A DNA stretch of 64,000 nucleotides from Cyanidioschyzon merolae (GCA_000091205.1 AP006492.2), one strand, 5' to 3'. Counted from the first letter of the stretch, positions 11,770-22,569 are shown. The notes: generated from the letters alone by a model not told the origin. Made by a program: numbers and translations.

Positions 11770-12747
11770 TTACGGTAGGAAGAAATGTGGGTTCGGTAGA
11801 AACTCGTCACCCACAAAAGTAAACGAACAGCGGTGAGATCCCAGCCATTTACGCAGGGCCTCTCTCGCCTCACCTTCATCGGGATAGAACTGATCCAAGT
11901 GATCCTGTAAGAGATCATTCGTCACCAGAATCGCATCATGACCAACCGCATATCCCAGGGCGAATGTATCATCGTATTCTCCGGCAGGTACGAAAACAAG
12001 GGCGTCAGATGCGCTAACCGTGGGAAGATCAGCCCGTTTCCGCCGATAGTCCGGGAGAAACACTACACAACGATAACCGCGCTTTCGAAAGAAGTCCACA
12101 GCGATGGCGATGCCCTTCGGGCTGAACACTGCATTTTGGCCGTGAGCCCAGGCGATATTCTCACCATCCAGAACTACAAGCGATACATTCGTGGCGGCAG
12201 CAGCGACATCGGAAGAAACCCGCGCCATACAGCCAGACGCACTCCGCGCCGACGTAGCAGGTGCCTCTATTCGCATAGCTTCTGGGGCAGCATGCGCACT
12301 TTCGGCATCAGACAGTGTTGCTGGGGTATGCGCGTCTCCACTGTGAACGCCACCAGCTGATGCGCTGCTCGCATAGGAAGTTTCGGGTGCTGCACGCGGA
12401 AGCAATCGCTGGACCTGCTCCCAGAGTCGTGCGAGCTCTTCTGCAAACTGATGGTGCTCAGCAGCCGATAGTTCCCTGCCTCGTCTTTTGCTTCGGCAGA
12501 GGCGTTCGAGTTGCTCGAGTCGTTCAAGGCCAAAAGTTGATAATGGCGAGTCCTTGAAGACACCAATCCAACACTTCCGAATGAACGCGAGCCGCTCATC
12601 GAGAGTTCTAGGCTGCCGTGCAGCCCAAAAGTGCTCCGCGAGTTCCGGCCCAAAAGCTCTCTCTAGCTGTGCCTTTAGTAGCAAATCCAGTGCGTTCTCT
12701 ATATCAGCGCTCTCAGGCAGATGGTGGCCAGAATCCTCGACAAGCAT
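11770..12747 (-). CDS. NYN/PIN-type ribonuclease, Zc3h12a (Regnase)/N4BP1-like, no CCCH finger
   Basis: LVVLDGENIAWAHGQ...FSPKGIAIAVDFFRKRGY..VVFLP...EYDDTFALGYA...ILVTNDLLQD...FTFVGDEFLP aligns with the Zc3h12a RNase core, including the DGxNxA, YDD and SND/TND acidic motifs. First in-frame ATG at 12747; the track start at 12768 is TTG. Confidence 0.7.
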   Translation of the reverse strand: MLVEDSGHHLPESADIENALDLLLKAQLERAFGPELAEHFWAARQPRTLDERLAFIRKCWIGVFKDSPLSTFGLERLEQLERLCRSKRRGRELSAAEHHQFAEELARLWEQVQRLLPRAAPETSYASSASAGGVHSGDAHTPATLSDAESAHAAPEAMRIEAPATSARSASGCMARVSSDVAAAATNVSLVVLDGENIAWAHGQNAVFSPKGIAIAVDFFRKRGYRCVVFLPDYRRKRADLPTVSASDALVFVPAGEYDDTFALGYAVGHDAILVTNDLLQDHLDQFYPDEGEAREALRKWLGSHRCSFTFVGDEFLPNPHFFLP

Positions 12748-13278
12748 TTCATGGCGACCTGGTAACAACTACTTTGTCCAGGGCAGGCGTATGCTGTACA
12801 GCTGCCCAGAAGCCGCTGCCGACTCTCCCCGAGGCGAATCGGGTACACTTGCGGCACCGTGCACTTGCACACGCAGAGCGGAAACGCGCTGCCGTACTTT
12901 CACACTAAAGCAGGTACCAGCACCAGAAAAAGCCTATATAGCCTGTGTTCGCCTAGTGCTGGCAGAGAACGAGTGCAAGCCGTGGACAAAGAGTGATCGC
13001 AAAGCCGCTTCAGCGAACCTGTGCAGACGCTTCGAGCACGTGAACTTGCTCTGTATCACAGGTGTACCACTAACAAACGAACACACTTTTGAACCAGAAC
13101 TGTAAACTAGCGAATACGCAAGTAGCACCAACGATCGTGTTCCCGAACGCTCCCCGCGGCCGTGTCGCTCCATGACCCGATTCCGTAACGCTAGGGTTCC
13201 ACATGATCATCCGTACCTTCATTACCTTTAGCGTAGACTTGAGGTGACCAGGGAACACTATGCGATAACAGGTTATCC

Positions 13279-14538
13279 ATGGATTTAGAGCAAGAGATAC
13301 TATGGGTTCGAAGGCTATGGGCGGAGCGATATCGGCATCGTCTACAGCCTCCACGAGACCAACTCCAGGGTGTGACTGAAAGCCGGCTCGAGCAACGTGA
13401 ACGCTCACGCGCGGTGCACCACGTCAATGGTGAACGCGCACTCGCAGCGCCATCCTTGGGCAAAAGGCAGTCCAGGGAGCATGATGGACGATTAGAGAAC
13501 GTACGCAAGTCCACTAGTGCCGTGAGTGGCGCGCTGCGGCACTACCGCGAACAGTCTGCGAAGCGATATCAACGGGAACGCACTGAGCGCGCTGCACTGG
13601 CCCCAGCAGCGCGGTTTCCTCTTTTGCGCCTTTTTGCGGGTTCCGCAGACGCGCGTGCTACAGCACCCTGGTCAGCGTATCCAGAGACGAGGCCCATAGC
13701 TATCACGCAAAGCCTGAACGACGGTTTATGGAATCAGCGGTGCCGCAGCCCGCGAACGCAACAGCTGGCGCAGGGCGCCTCGCGCGGTACCACGAAGCAA
13801 CTCGGATTGGGTCTTCGTACTGCGCTCATGATGCTGCAGTTTCGGTCGAAACGCTTCCACCTGCCAGCTGCACTGTCGACGGACCCTTTCACGCTCCGCG
13901 CGACGCGGTATGTGCAAAGTCTTGGTAACGAGGCTACATGTCAGGCGCTAGTCACCAGTCGCCCGGCGTGGTCGATGGAGGAGTCTGCTGAAGTGCTGGC
14001 TGCGCACGAGGCCTCTCAAGTGCTTGAAAATCATCCGTCGGACCTGTGTCGAATGCTGCACCAGGAAAAGCAAGCCCGGGGGCACGTTTGGTGCGCAAGG
14101 ACATCGTCACTGAGAGATGCCCGCGGTTACCACATGCTGACCATCCCAGCGCCCCGTCATGTGTCTTATGATTTTGCTCCTGCAGGCCAGTACACGAGTC
14201 AAGGACTATTCCAACGGCGCACTGCGTTGGTGAAAAATGCGTTCGCCGAGTTGTCAGCGGAAGCGTACCTGGTATGCAAACGCTATCAAGACTTACCAGA
14301 CGCGGCTTATCGCTGCCGATCGGCCGCTCAGTTCGCTGCCTGGAGACAGCGGCGGCAGGAGCAACGAGACCGCGCCGAAACCGCCATGCGTCTTGCTCAA
14401 GCACAGACACCCGCCATACACAGCAACGAGAACCAGTATCTTTGGGATACACGCCTAACGCTATTCATGCATGGCACGCGAATAAGTCAAGCCGATCGCC
14501 ATGCTCAAATTCTGATCGATAGATACGCTAGTTCGTGA
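13279..14538 (+). CDS. Hypothetical protein, 419 aa, Arg/Gln/Ala-rich, no recognised domain
   Basis: Long stop-free frame starting with a genuine ATG at 13279. It is divergent from the NYN RNase gene across about 530 bp. No motif recognised. Confidence 0.35.
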   Translation: MDLEQEILWVRRLWAERYRHRLQPPRDQLQGVTESRLEQRERSRAVHHVNGERALAAPSLGKRQSREHDGRLENVRKSTSAVSGALRHYREQSAKRYQRERTERAALAPAARFPLLRLFAGSADARATAPWSAYPETRPIAITQSLNDGLWNQRCRSPRTQQLAQGASRGTTKQLGLGLRTALMMLQFRSKRFHLPAALSTDPFTLRATRYVQSLGNEATCQALVTSRPAWSMEESAEVLAAHEASQVLENHPSDLCRMLHQEKQARGHVWCARTSSLRDARGYHMLTIPAPRHVSYDFAPAGQYTSQGLFQRRTALVKNAFAELSAEAYLVCKRYQDLPDAAYRCRSAAQFAAWRQRRQEQRDRAETAMRLAQAQTPAIHSNENQYLWDTRLTLFMHGTRISQADRHAQILIDRYASS

Positions 14539-15146
14539 ACACGATGGCGACATGCACAACCACGCTCAGCACATGCTAGATTTCAGTCGATGCACTATAT
14601 AGGGGATGACGCACAGGACCCGAGTATCCGCGATGATCTCGTGGACGCAGCGAGCACAGCACAGCTCGGCAACGACTGGCACCAAGCGACCTCGGATCCG
14701 ATCGGAAATCAATTGCTGGACTTCACACCCGGAGCATCGCCTCGGGCTCACAAGCACTCATGTTTGCAGCGGGTTGCGTTCGACGCAGGTTTGGCTGCCA
14801 ACTCGTCTCCACAGATACGCTGTAAAGCAGGACACTTTCGAAGCATACCGCCCGTCGACCTGGTTGCACGCGTCCTGCAACGAGGCGACACCGACGTCGG
14901 GCCATACCAAAACAACGCCAGAGCATGGCATCGTTGCTGCCAAACCTATATCAGCGACTTTGGGATTAGTGCAGATTGAGCCGTTCAGAGCGGGCTATCC
15001 GCTGTGCCTGCTGAACGCGACGCGACAAGCACCTGCAAGCATCCGATGTGAATGCCAGGTCAAGCGCGGGGCGTGCGACTTTCGGCTGCATGCCAACCTC
15101 TTACGTACAATGCACCATGCAATACATGTTTCGGGACAATTTCCCC

Positions 15147-16019
15147 CTACACGAGAAGTGTCTGCAAACTTGAAGCCCTCGGCAACGATGCCAGGTACTC
15201 TGCTTCGACAGCGTGCAAATCACCTGGCATGACCAGAGAATGGAGCGGTGGACCAAAATCTTTCCCGGAAAATTCCTTCAATGTACCGACCGCCATCAGC
15301 TCATCGACTTGTCCAACACGAGCGAGCCCAATACAAAGCGTATCCGAGTCATAGGCAAATGCTCCGGCTCCGGTTTCGTCCGTCTCGCGACCAAGCAGTT
15401 GGGCTCTCTCTCTCCACAGGGTAAGTAGCTGCTGTGCAGCATCAGCAATCGTCATGAAGCGAGGTGGTTCGAAAACCTTGACTCCTCGAGCCAAACTCTC
15501 CTCACTCGGTTCATGTACGCGAATATCCAGTAGGAAGAGGGTATGGAGGCCGCGGCGGCGATTCGCCTCGAGTTTCTCGTACCAGGAGGTCGGTCGCCAA
15601 GCGTTTGTCCAGAACACGAGGGAAATTGTCTCGCCAAATCGATAAAGCTGGAGTCCACACACTCCCACTGCGGTTAAGATGCTCGCGTTGAAGATGAAGC
15701 GGCACTCAACTCCGAGTTGCCGGGCTCGCAACACCAGGTCGTGATGCGTCGTTGCGCCGAAAACGTCACCAACTACGAGAAAGGCGACGTTTCCAGTCCT
15801 CGCTGGCTCCAGCAAACTCGATACATTTTCTTCAATCATTTCACGGTCAGCGATGGTGACTTTCTTTCCGTAGAGGTCTTCGAGCTGACCCAAGTCCGTT
15901 CGCAGGAGCGACGTGTAACCATCGAGAAAAACCCGATCACACGAGCGAACTGTTTCCAAGCCCCGCAGAGTTATGTCTCGCTCGTCTCCCAAACCCAAAC
16001 CTATGAAGTATAAGGGCAT
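15147..16019 (-). CDS. DPH5: Diphthine synthase (diphthamide biosynthesis methyltransferase)
   Basis: MPLYFIGLGLGDERDITLRGLE..VFLDGYTSLL...GNVAFLVVGDVFGATTHHDLVLRARQLGV matches DPH5 over its whole length. ATG at 16017-16019. Confidence 0.9.
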   Translation of the reverse strand: MPLYFIGLGLGDERDITLRGLETVRSCDRVFLDGYTSLLRTDLGQLEDLYGKKVTIADREMIEENVSSLLEPARTGNVAFLVVGDVFGATTHHDLVLRARQLGVECRFIFNASILTAVGVCGLQLYRFGETISLVFWTNAWRPTSWYEKLEANRRRGLHTLFLLDIRVHEPSEESLARGVKVFEPPRFMTIADAAQQLLTLWRERAQLLGRETDETGAGAFAYDSDTLCIGLARVGQVDELMAVGTLKEFSGKDFGPPLHSLVMPGDLHAVEAEYLASLPRASSLQTLLV

Positions 16020-16204
16020 AACGGAGCCGAGGGTCCCAGACGCAGCCGGGTGGTTGATAAGCGACCGCAGCCTGCGGTTAGTGAGGCGCCAGCCAAACGC
16101 GTGGCAAACGAACCATGTTGACGCTCATGCTCGCTCTGTCCCTGTACCTCGATTTTCTACGGAGCTTTTCTTGGATGCAGAGCTTTGGCATTCGAAGTGC
16201 AGCT

Positions 16205-16660
16205 GTAAGAGCTCATGGATTCATGAGTAGTTTTTGGAGTTTCATTCGTGTTGTCGAAGTGGGTTGTTCGCCACTTTGCCACTGGAATTCGTGAAAGTAC
16301 CGAAATCATGCTGATTCACGACCATCTCGCAGAAGAGTTCCTAAACTCAACGATAGCATGATCCGATGTGTACATGAGAAAGCATCCACTCTTCTAATTT
16401 ACACACGAGTAGCATGCTCAAAATAGGCATTCTTCAAGTTTTCTTTCTGTCTGATTCAAGGCATGCGCGCCGCAGCGTTGGCGCGAAGCAAATCTCGACG
16501 TTGTCCCTTGAGGAATACCTGGCAAGCTCATGCTGCAAGTTCACAGAGCTTCTTTTGTCAAAGTCATCCGCTGCGTTCGAAATACGAATCTACCGTCCTG
16601 TTCGGTAATCGATGAAACTGTATTTGCTAGGATCATGACACCATGCACGAGGCTTGCTCC
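16205..16660. repeat. Dispersed repeat family, copy A (about 450 bp, diverged)
   Basis: Shares with copy B, in the same order and spacing, the blocks GaGCTCAtGGATTCaTGaGtAG, CTTCTAATT..ACGAGTAGCATGC..AAAT..CAT.CTTC..GTTTTC and ATGAAAC..TA..AG.A.CATGA..C..CACG.G. Confidence 0.5.
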
Positions 16661-17732
16661 CGGAAGCTCGGCTCTCTTCTGTTATGTTTGGATGGGAAAA
16701 CGGTTTCGGACTCGGACTTGAGTCATCACAGTGATCGTTTCCATTTGGACCGAGCTTCACTGCTTTGCACGAAGATTGCGAAGACAGATCGAAATCTCCT
16801 GACCTGATCTGGAGCCTGGATTTTCCTTCCAAGACTTGTTTCATGAAAACACCATCATCCATATCGTTCGACTGCTAGCAACGGAAATGGAGGCAAAGTA
16901 GAGACCGCGCTACCCAAATCCGAAGATGAGAGAGAAAGAGGACACGAAAGCAGTCACAGGAAAAGCTTTCGCAGAGTCGTCTAGAATGACATTGGGAAGA
17001 GACGCAAACTGTCATGTTTTATGCCCGAACTTGCTGTAAGTGAGCATTCCAGGTCGTGCTGGCACGTAGGTGTGGCGAACGAGCCGTTTCCGGAGTGTTT
17101 GTTTATCGTTGGAGACAGGCCGCGCCTTGTCGTCAACATGATTGTGTGCTGTCCGCAGCACGTGCGGGTTCCGGACTCGTTGCAACCTGCGAGTACGCTC
17201 GGATCTGACAGCTGCTTCTGGATAATGCACAGGCACTGAACGCTGGATCTTTTGTAGGTGAAAAGCTAACGGAAACAGGAAACAGGAGGTGCTGCGGTGC
17301 CCGTCTGGTACCGACGGCCTTGCACGTCGTCACCACAGGAATACCGGCCAGCGACGGTACTCTGAGAAGCGCGCGATCAATTGGAACTTACGCAATTCGT
17401 CTTCATTCGTGCAAGAGACAGTTTAACAGAGCGATCTTGGGACGCGCGCAAGCTTTTAGACTTTGGGGATGACGAGCTCCACTTCGTCTACTGGACCCAG
17501 AGTAGCGAGCGTGCAGGCAACTTGGCGACGGGCTCGAGTGTTCCTGTTCTGCGTTCCACCGCGTTTCGATTGTGTTTACTCCGCGGGATGCTCGCAAAAG
17601 AATACGACTACTCTTCGCGCGTCGGCTTTTAATCCGAGAACCCTCCGTAATCAGCACCCTAACCGGGTTCTTCGCTACAAGCGCCGCCCACAAAGTTGCG
17701 GCTATGTCTGGCACTCTGCTTCTGTCACCAAT

Positions 17733-18494
17733 ATGGCTGCATGGTGTAGGCACTGTCACCAGCATACTTCTCAGTGTAGACTTGATCGTTCCGAAGAGGG
17801 TGCAACGGATCGATCCAGGTCTCCGGTCACGGAATGGCGCGTCATGTATGCTCGTTGGACGCAGGGATCTTCCTGGATGCCCCAACTTCACATAATGCTA
17901 CCGTTGCTGTTGGCGCTGTTCATGATAGACCTCCAGTTTATATTTCTGGCAGATGTGTCCTACGCACTCGAGCTGCCACCAGGATCCATGAGCGTCACAC
18001 GAGAGGAATCTGAAGAAAGCGGCACGAAGCAAACACAAACGCAACGTGTACGTAGCATCTTGGCGACGCTACAGCAAACCAAGTCCTGCATTCTCTGCGA
18101 CCTCAGCAGCGTTGATTTGAGCACAGCGGCTTTGGCTGGCGCGGACCTTCACGGTGCCGCGTTATCTCATGCGAACCTCTTCCAAGTCCAACTCTCAGGG
18201 GCGAACCTTCGCGGCGCCAAGTTCGATGCCTCGATCCTCGATGAGGCAGCCCTGGATGGTGCGGACCTCTCAGGCGCCGACCTGCGCCAGGCACTTGTTC
18301 GACGCACGCTTCTACTTGGGGCGCGTCTCGACGCAAACATTTCCATCGACGGGGCTGATTTTTCTGGAGCTCTCATTGATAGAACCAATCAGCGTCTGCT
18401 CTGCGAACTTGCACAAGGCGTGAATAGTCGCACCGGTGTAGCTACGGCGACGAGCCTTGCATGTCCGGAGCCAAAAACGAACCAGTCCCCATGA
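17733..18494 (+). CDS. Pentapeptide-repeat protein with bipartite (thylakoid-lumen-like) presequence
   Basis: Tandem A(D/N)LxG-type pentapeptide repeats (DLSSVDLSTAALAGADLHGAALSHANLFQVQLSGANLRGAKFDASILDEAALDGADLSGADL...). They are preceded by a hydrophilic Ser/Arg-rich stretch, a hydrophobic h-region (MPQLHIMLPLLLALFMIDLQFIFLA) and a VSYA cleavage-like site. Candidate ATGs at 17733, 17844 and 17877; the upstream part of track ORF 17463.. is probably not coding. Confidence 0.6.
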   Translation: MAAWCRHCHQHTSQCRLDRSEEGATDRSRSPVTEWRVMYARWTQGSSWMPQLHIMLPLLLALFMIDLQFIFLADVSYALELPPGSMSVTREESEESGTKQTQTQRVRSILATLQQTKSCILCDLSSVDLSTAALAGADLHGAALSHANLFQVQLSGANLRGAKFDASILDEAALDGADLSGADLRQALVRRTLLLGARLDANISIDGADFSGALIDRTNQRLLCELAQGVNSRTGVATATSLACPEPKTNQSP

Positions 18495-18900
18495 CCACAG
18501 ACTTTGTAGAGTTTCAAGCGCTCGCTCCGGGAAATTGCAAGGAGCGCGCTTCTTGTGTTTTTGCAGTTGCCCGTACCGCGCTTTAGCACGAACCCCGCTA
18601 GTCAGTAAATACGCAAGCAGCGGCACTGGAGACAGCGGTTGCACAGCTTGCCCAGTGCGTCCGCAACGTGCAGCGCTCCTGCGACACGCGGCTCTCCCTA
18701 TCACTTCATCTTACCCTCCTTAAAAACCACGTGCCGGCCAACGCGCGGATCGTACTTGATGACTGATAACTTGTAGGGAACGTTTCGCGGATTTTTTCGG
18801 GTAACATAAAAGTAACCGGTACCCGCCGCAGATACCAACTTGATCAGCACAGACTTGCCCTTGGCACCAGCCATGGCGGCTCTACGACACTTGCGCTCCT

Positions 18901-18933
<33 letters not shown>

Positions 18934-18934
18934 G
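18901..18934. repeat. (CAG)n microsatellite, about 10 units
   Basis: gcagcagcagcagcagcagcagcagcagaagcag, intergenic. Confidence 0.9.
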
Positions 18935-19330
18935 TCAAGCTACAAACCTGCGACAAGACGTTTGCGGGCAGAAGACCAGGTCGCTCAACACGCGCAGCGC
19001 GCTTTGCTCTCGTAGCACGAAGCGTCCGCACGTCCAACAGAGCCACTCGCAACGCCCAGTCGGTACCAGCAACCACGGATATACGTTCCAGCCGCTCTCC
19101 AGAGCGTTTCACGTCACCTGCGATGCAGTACGCCCTTGCCCCAGAGCATCGACGCTTCGTTGATCCAACGAATTTTCTGCGTGCGTGCGAGCCAGCAAGC
19201 GGCGCCTTCACAACATCGCCCCGTGCCTGCGCGCTCGTGCTGCGCAGGTATCCGCAGCGAATCTCAGGCCGCCGAATCGATCGACCTGATGGCGATGCAG
19301 GTACCGCCGCCGCCGCTGCGCTACAGATAC

Positions 19331-19465
19331 AGGCGCGCACACACACACGCTGAGACGTAGGCGCGCGCACACACACACACACGCTGAGACGTAGGCGCGC
19401 GCACACACACACACACGCTGAGACGTAGGCGCGCACACACACACACGCTGAGACGTAGGCGCGCG
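19331..19465. repeat. Minisatellite, about 4.3 tandem copies of a 30-32 bp unit (AGGCGCGC(GC)ACACACAC(AC)GCTGAGACGT)
   Basis: Read directly from the sequence. Lies about 190 bp upstream of the TauE-like gene ATG. Confidence 0.9.
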
Positions 19466-19654
19466 CGTGCCTATTTTGCGACACATGCCATGGCTGTGGC
19501 ACGCGTAGCGGCTGCGCATGGCTGCCCTGGCTGCACACAGCGCTGCACCCGGCCTGGCAACGAATCGCAACAGGATCGGATTGGGTCTGTGCGCGCTATC
19601 ATTGATGTGCAGCGTGCGGTTACGTCTGCAAGCTTGCGTAGCTGTTTCGGGAAC

Positions 19655-22069
19655 ATGACGCAAGCAGGGACTTTAACTCGAAACAAACCAAAGGTTCGAC
19701 GTTGGCTACCTGTTACTGTTTGCCTCTTGCTTGTGCTGCTGCTGCTGCTGGGCGCAACACAACCAGCCGCCGCGGTGAACGCGTGCGACTACTGTGACGC
19801 GGTGGGTAAGGCGTGTAACGCCACGCTGGGCAAGTGCTACCGGTGTACGAGCTCCAAGGACTGTCCATCACGCAAAATATGTAACGTCGATATCGGTCAG
19901 TGTATAGTGGGAGGTGTTTTTTCAAACTTTGACTGGCAGGAGGGCGTTCTCATCTTGCTGGTATTTCTGGCGGCAGGGGTGTCGAACGCTGGGGGCGTAG
20001 GTGGCGGCCTCCTCTTCGTGCCGTTGCTGGTGCTGCTAGCCTCGTTTCCTATACCGCAGGCGAGTGCGAACTCACAGTCTCTGATCCTGGGTGCGTCTAT
20101 TGCGAACTCTGTGTACAACTTCCGGAAGCGGCACGTCATCCGCGACGCACCGCGCATCGACTGGAACTTGGTGATCAGCACGATGCCTTTCTTTCTCTGC
20201 GGCACAACGCCGGGATATTTTCTGAATATTTCGCTTCCCGGCTATTTCACGGGTTTCGTTTTGGCTGCGATGCTGGGAGCGCTCACCATCCAGAGCTTTC
20301 TCTCGGGTACGCGCATGACTCGCCGCCAATGGAGAATGCGACGCGAGTTTTTGCGCCAGGAGGCAGCAGGCAGCGCTCCGCTTGACGGCCCTGCAGCATC
20401 CAAACCGACTGCACCGACTGCGAGCGACGGTACCTCCGTCGTGCAACCCGGCATGCAACCAACGTCTACTGCGGTCGGCGAAGAGCGCCTGGATATCGAC
20501 TCGATCACTTCGCGTTTGCCGGGTCACCAGGATGGGTCTGCCCGCGACGGGGCATCGACAGCGTCGCTTGCTGGAGGAACACAACCGGGGAATGTGGAAG
20601 CTGGCGCTGTGAACATCCAGCACGACGTTGCTGGTTCTGGAAGCAGCAGCGGCCAGCAGCACGACCCGCAACTGGGCGAGCCTAGTCATCGGGCAGCGTC
20701 GCAAACGACGTTGACCGAGTCGACGGGAGCGAACGTCGTTCTGGCTTCATCTCAAGGCGATGTGCATCCGTCTGTCTTAGCATCGAATGCAACAGTAGCA
20801 GCAGCAGCAGAAGCACGTGGACCTGTGCATGCGCCGGAAGAGTTGCTACCTGCAGCGGGCGCTCTTCCTGAACAGAGACGCGACTTGGATCCATTGCCGA
20901 GATCTGTGCTTCAAGAGCGACTTGGACACGCGGCAGTGGACGGCCACCTGACGCACCGGAGTGACCGCAATGAACGCACGGCCATTTGGGTGGGCATGAA
21001 ACGCTCGGTCTCCTGCCAAGAGGAGGAGCTCGTCGGACGTCAGCACCGCAGCCGTGACGACTCCACGACATCCTGTTTACCTATGCGCGTGCGTGGTCGA
21101 CACTCGTGTTCGGGCGTGCTGCGTACCGCCTCACTCTACGAAGACCTGGCAGGGCTGTATACAGTCCATGTTGATGAGCCTTCGCCTCGCTCCAGATCCA
21201 AACTCGCAAGCGCCGAGCGTTCCGGCAGTTTCGTGGACCAACAGGCCGGCTCTTTCGAGTCAACTTCCAAACTGTATCGAGTTTGGCGTTTCGTGGACCC
21301 GGTTCTCGCGAGTCGAAACCTGGAAGAAATGCTTGCGGCAGAGCGTCCATGGTTTCCCTGGCGTCACATTCTGTTCGTTGTCATCCTCATCGCCATTCTC
21401 TTTGCAGGGCAGTTTCTCTCAGGGGCACCCTATGCCCGGTCACCGGTCGGTGTCCCGCTGTGCGGTGCTGTGTACTGGGTCATTTTCATGCTCCAAGAGC
21501 TGTCTCTGTTTGTCATTGGGCTGCTTACTGTATTCCGCAACATTCGGTTGCGACGGCTTCGCGCTGCCTACGGATACCCCTGGTTCGAGCATGACGGACT
21601 CACGGATATGCGCTGGGACGGTATGAACCTCTACGTCTATCCGGCATTTGTGCTGGTGATCGGCGCCATTGACTCGTGGACGGGTCTGAGCAGCAGCGCC
21701 CTCATCATCCCTTACCTCTACTTGATCGCGCGCACTGACCTCGTTACCGTCCAGTCGTCGATGGCTATTGTGAATCTGGTCGCGAGTCTGGCTGCCGCCA
21801 TGGTCTTCCTTGTTGACGGCCGCTTGAACATAAGCTACTCTTTGTTCTACGGGCTCTGGGCAATGTTGGGCAGTTACAGCGGTGTGTTCTTCGTTTACTA
21901 TCTCGTGGATCGCTTTCAGATCCGAGCATTCATCATTCTGGCTATTTCCATTGCTTTTTTTGCGGCATTTGCGATCGTACTATACGAGGCGGTCCATAAT
22001 GTGCTCGCAGCACGGGCAGCAAACGCCGGCTGGAAAATGGTGAACATCTGTGTGCCGACGTACCTGTAG
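19655..22069 (+). CDS. TauE/SafE (TSUP, DUF81) family membrane transporter-like protein with N-terminal Cys-rich domain and long disordered loop
   Basis: Signal-peptide-like N-terminus (ATG at 19655). Cys-rich module CDYCDAVGKACNATLGKCYRCTSSKDCPSRKICNVDIGQC. TauE signature AGVSNAGGVGGGLLFVPLL. A roughly 330 aa low-complexity hydrophilic insert is followed by a second block of TM helices through to the C-terminus. Confidence 0.65.
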   Translation: MTQAGTLTRNKPKVRRWLPVTVCLLLVLLLLLGATQPAAAVNACDYCDAVGKACNATLGKCYRCTSSKDCPSRKICNVDIGQCIVGGVFSNFDWQEGVLILLVFLAAGVSNAGGVGGGLLFVPLLVLLASFPIPQASANSQSLILGASIANSVYNFRKRHVIRDAPRIDWNLVISTMPFFLCGTTPGYFLNISLPGYFTGFVLAAMLGALTIQSFLSGTRMTRRQWRMRREFLRQEAAGSAPLDGPAASKPTAPTASDGTSVVQPGMQPTSTAVGEERLDIDSITSRLPGHQDGSARDGASTASLAGGTQPGNVEAGAVNIQHDVAGSGSSSGQQHDPQLGEPSHRAASQTTLTESTGANVVLASSQGDVHPSVLASNATVAAAAEARGPVHAPEELLPAAGALPEQRRDLDPLPRSVLQERLGHAAVDGHLTHRSDRNERTAIWVGMKRSVSCQEEELVGRQHRSRDDSTTSCLPMRVRGRHSCSGVLRTASLYEDLAGLYTVHVDEPSPRSRSKLASAERSGSFVDQQAGSFESTSKLYRVWRFVDPVLASRNLEEMLAAERPWFPWRHILFVVILIAILFAGQFLSGAPYARSPVGVPLCGAVYWVIFMLQELSLFVIGLLTVFRNIRLRRLRAAYGYPWFEHDGLTDMRWDGMNLYVYPAFVLVIGAIDSWTGLSSSALIIPYLYLIARTDLVTVQSSMAIVNLVASLAAAMVFLVDGRLNISYSLFYGLWAMLGSYSGVFFVYYLVDRFQIRAFIILAISIAFFAAFAIVLYEAVHNVLAARAANAGWKMVNICVPTYL

Positions 22070-22569
22070 TATTTCATGAACGAACTAGTCGAAACATGAC
22101 CATGGCAGGTGCGCGCGTCGAGCGCCATTCAAGCAGAGAGCGCTTCGCTGGTGCAGGCGTCGCCCGAGGTCGCCAGCGAGCCAGTGATGCATCTGAACGA
22201 GCGGCAAACTGGCGTGCTTGTCAAGTCGAGCACAACGCTGCCTCTGTCGCATGCACCAGCGGCTGCGTCACATGCATCGTGCGTAGCGGTCTGCAGCTTT
22301 CTCTTCCAAGAAGCTGGATGCGAGTCGAGGCACTCCGGAATAGATGCATCCCCAAGCCGCGCTCGTGACGCGCTGACAATCATGATTTCAGTGCAGTCCG
22401 AGTACAACAGTGCGCGCTCGAGTTGCACTCGGTGCGCTCGACATGGATCCAGTGTCGTCTGCGGATGCTACACCAGTGTCAGGTTGAAATGGAGCGCTGA
22501 ACCACGAGAAGTAATCTAGCATTTCGATAGTCCTCACTCAAATTTGAGATCTGGAGCATCGGCATTCGG

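Noticed and set aside
12488-13105. ORF 12488-13105(+), 205 aa, overlapping the 5' part of the NYN RNase gene and its upstream spacer.
   Set aside because: Ser/Arg-rich junk-like translation. It overlaps a well-supported minus-strand gene and is out of register with the divergent 419 aa gene that starts at the ATG at 13279.
14590-15232. Two overlapping plus-strand ORFs (14590-14979 and 14606-15232) running into the 3' end of DPH5.
   Set aside because: Neither has recognisable content. They overlap each other in different frames and overlap the DPH5 stop region convergently. This is more likely a 3'UTR or intergenic GC-rich sequence, and I have left it unannotated.
19331-19465. The tandem 30-32 bp repeat array, considered as a CRISPR-like array.
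   Set aside because: Units are directly abutting with no unique spacers, composed of simple-sequence motifs, in a eukaryotic nuclear context with no cas genes. It is a minisatellite.
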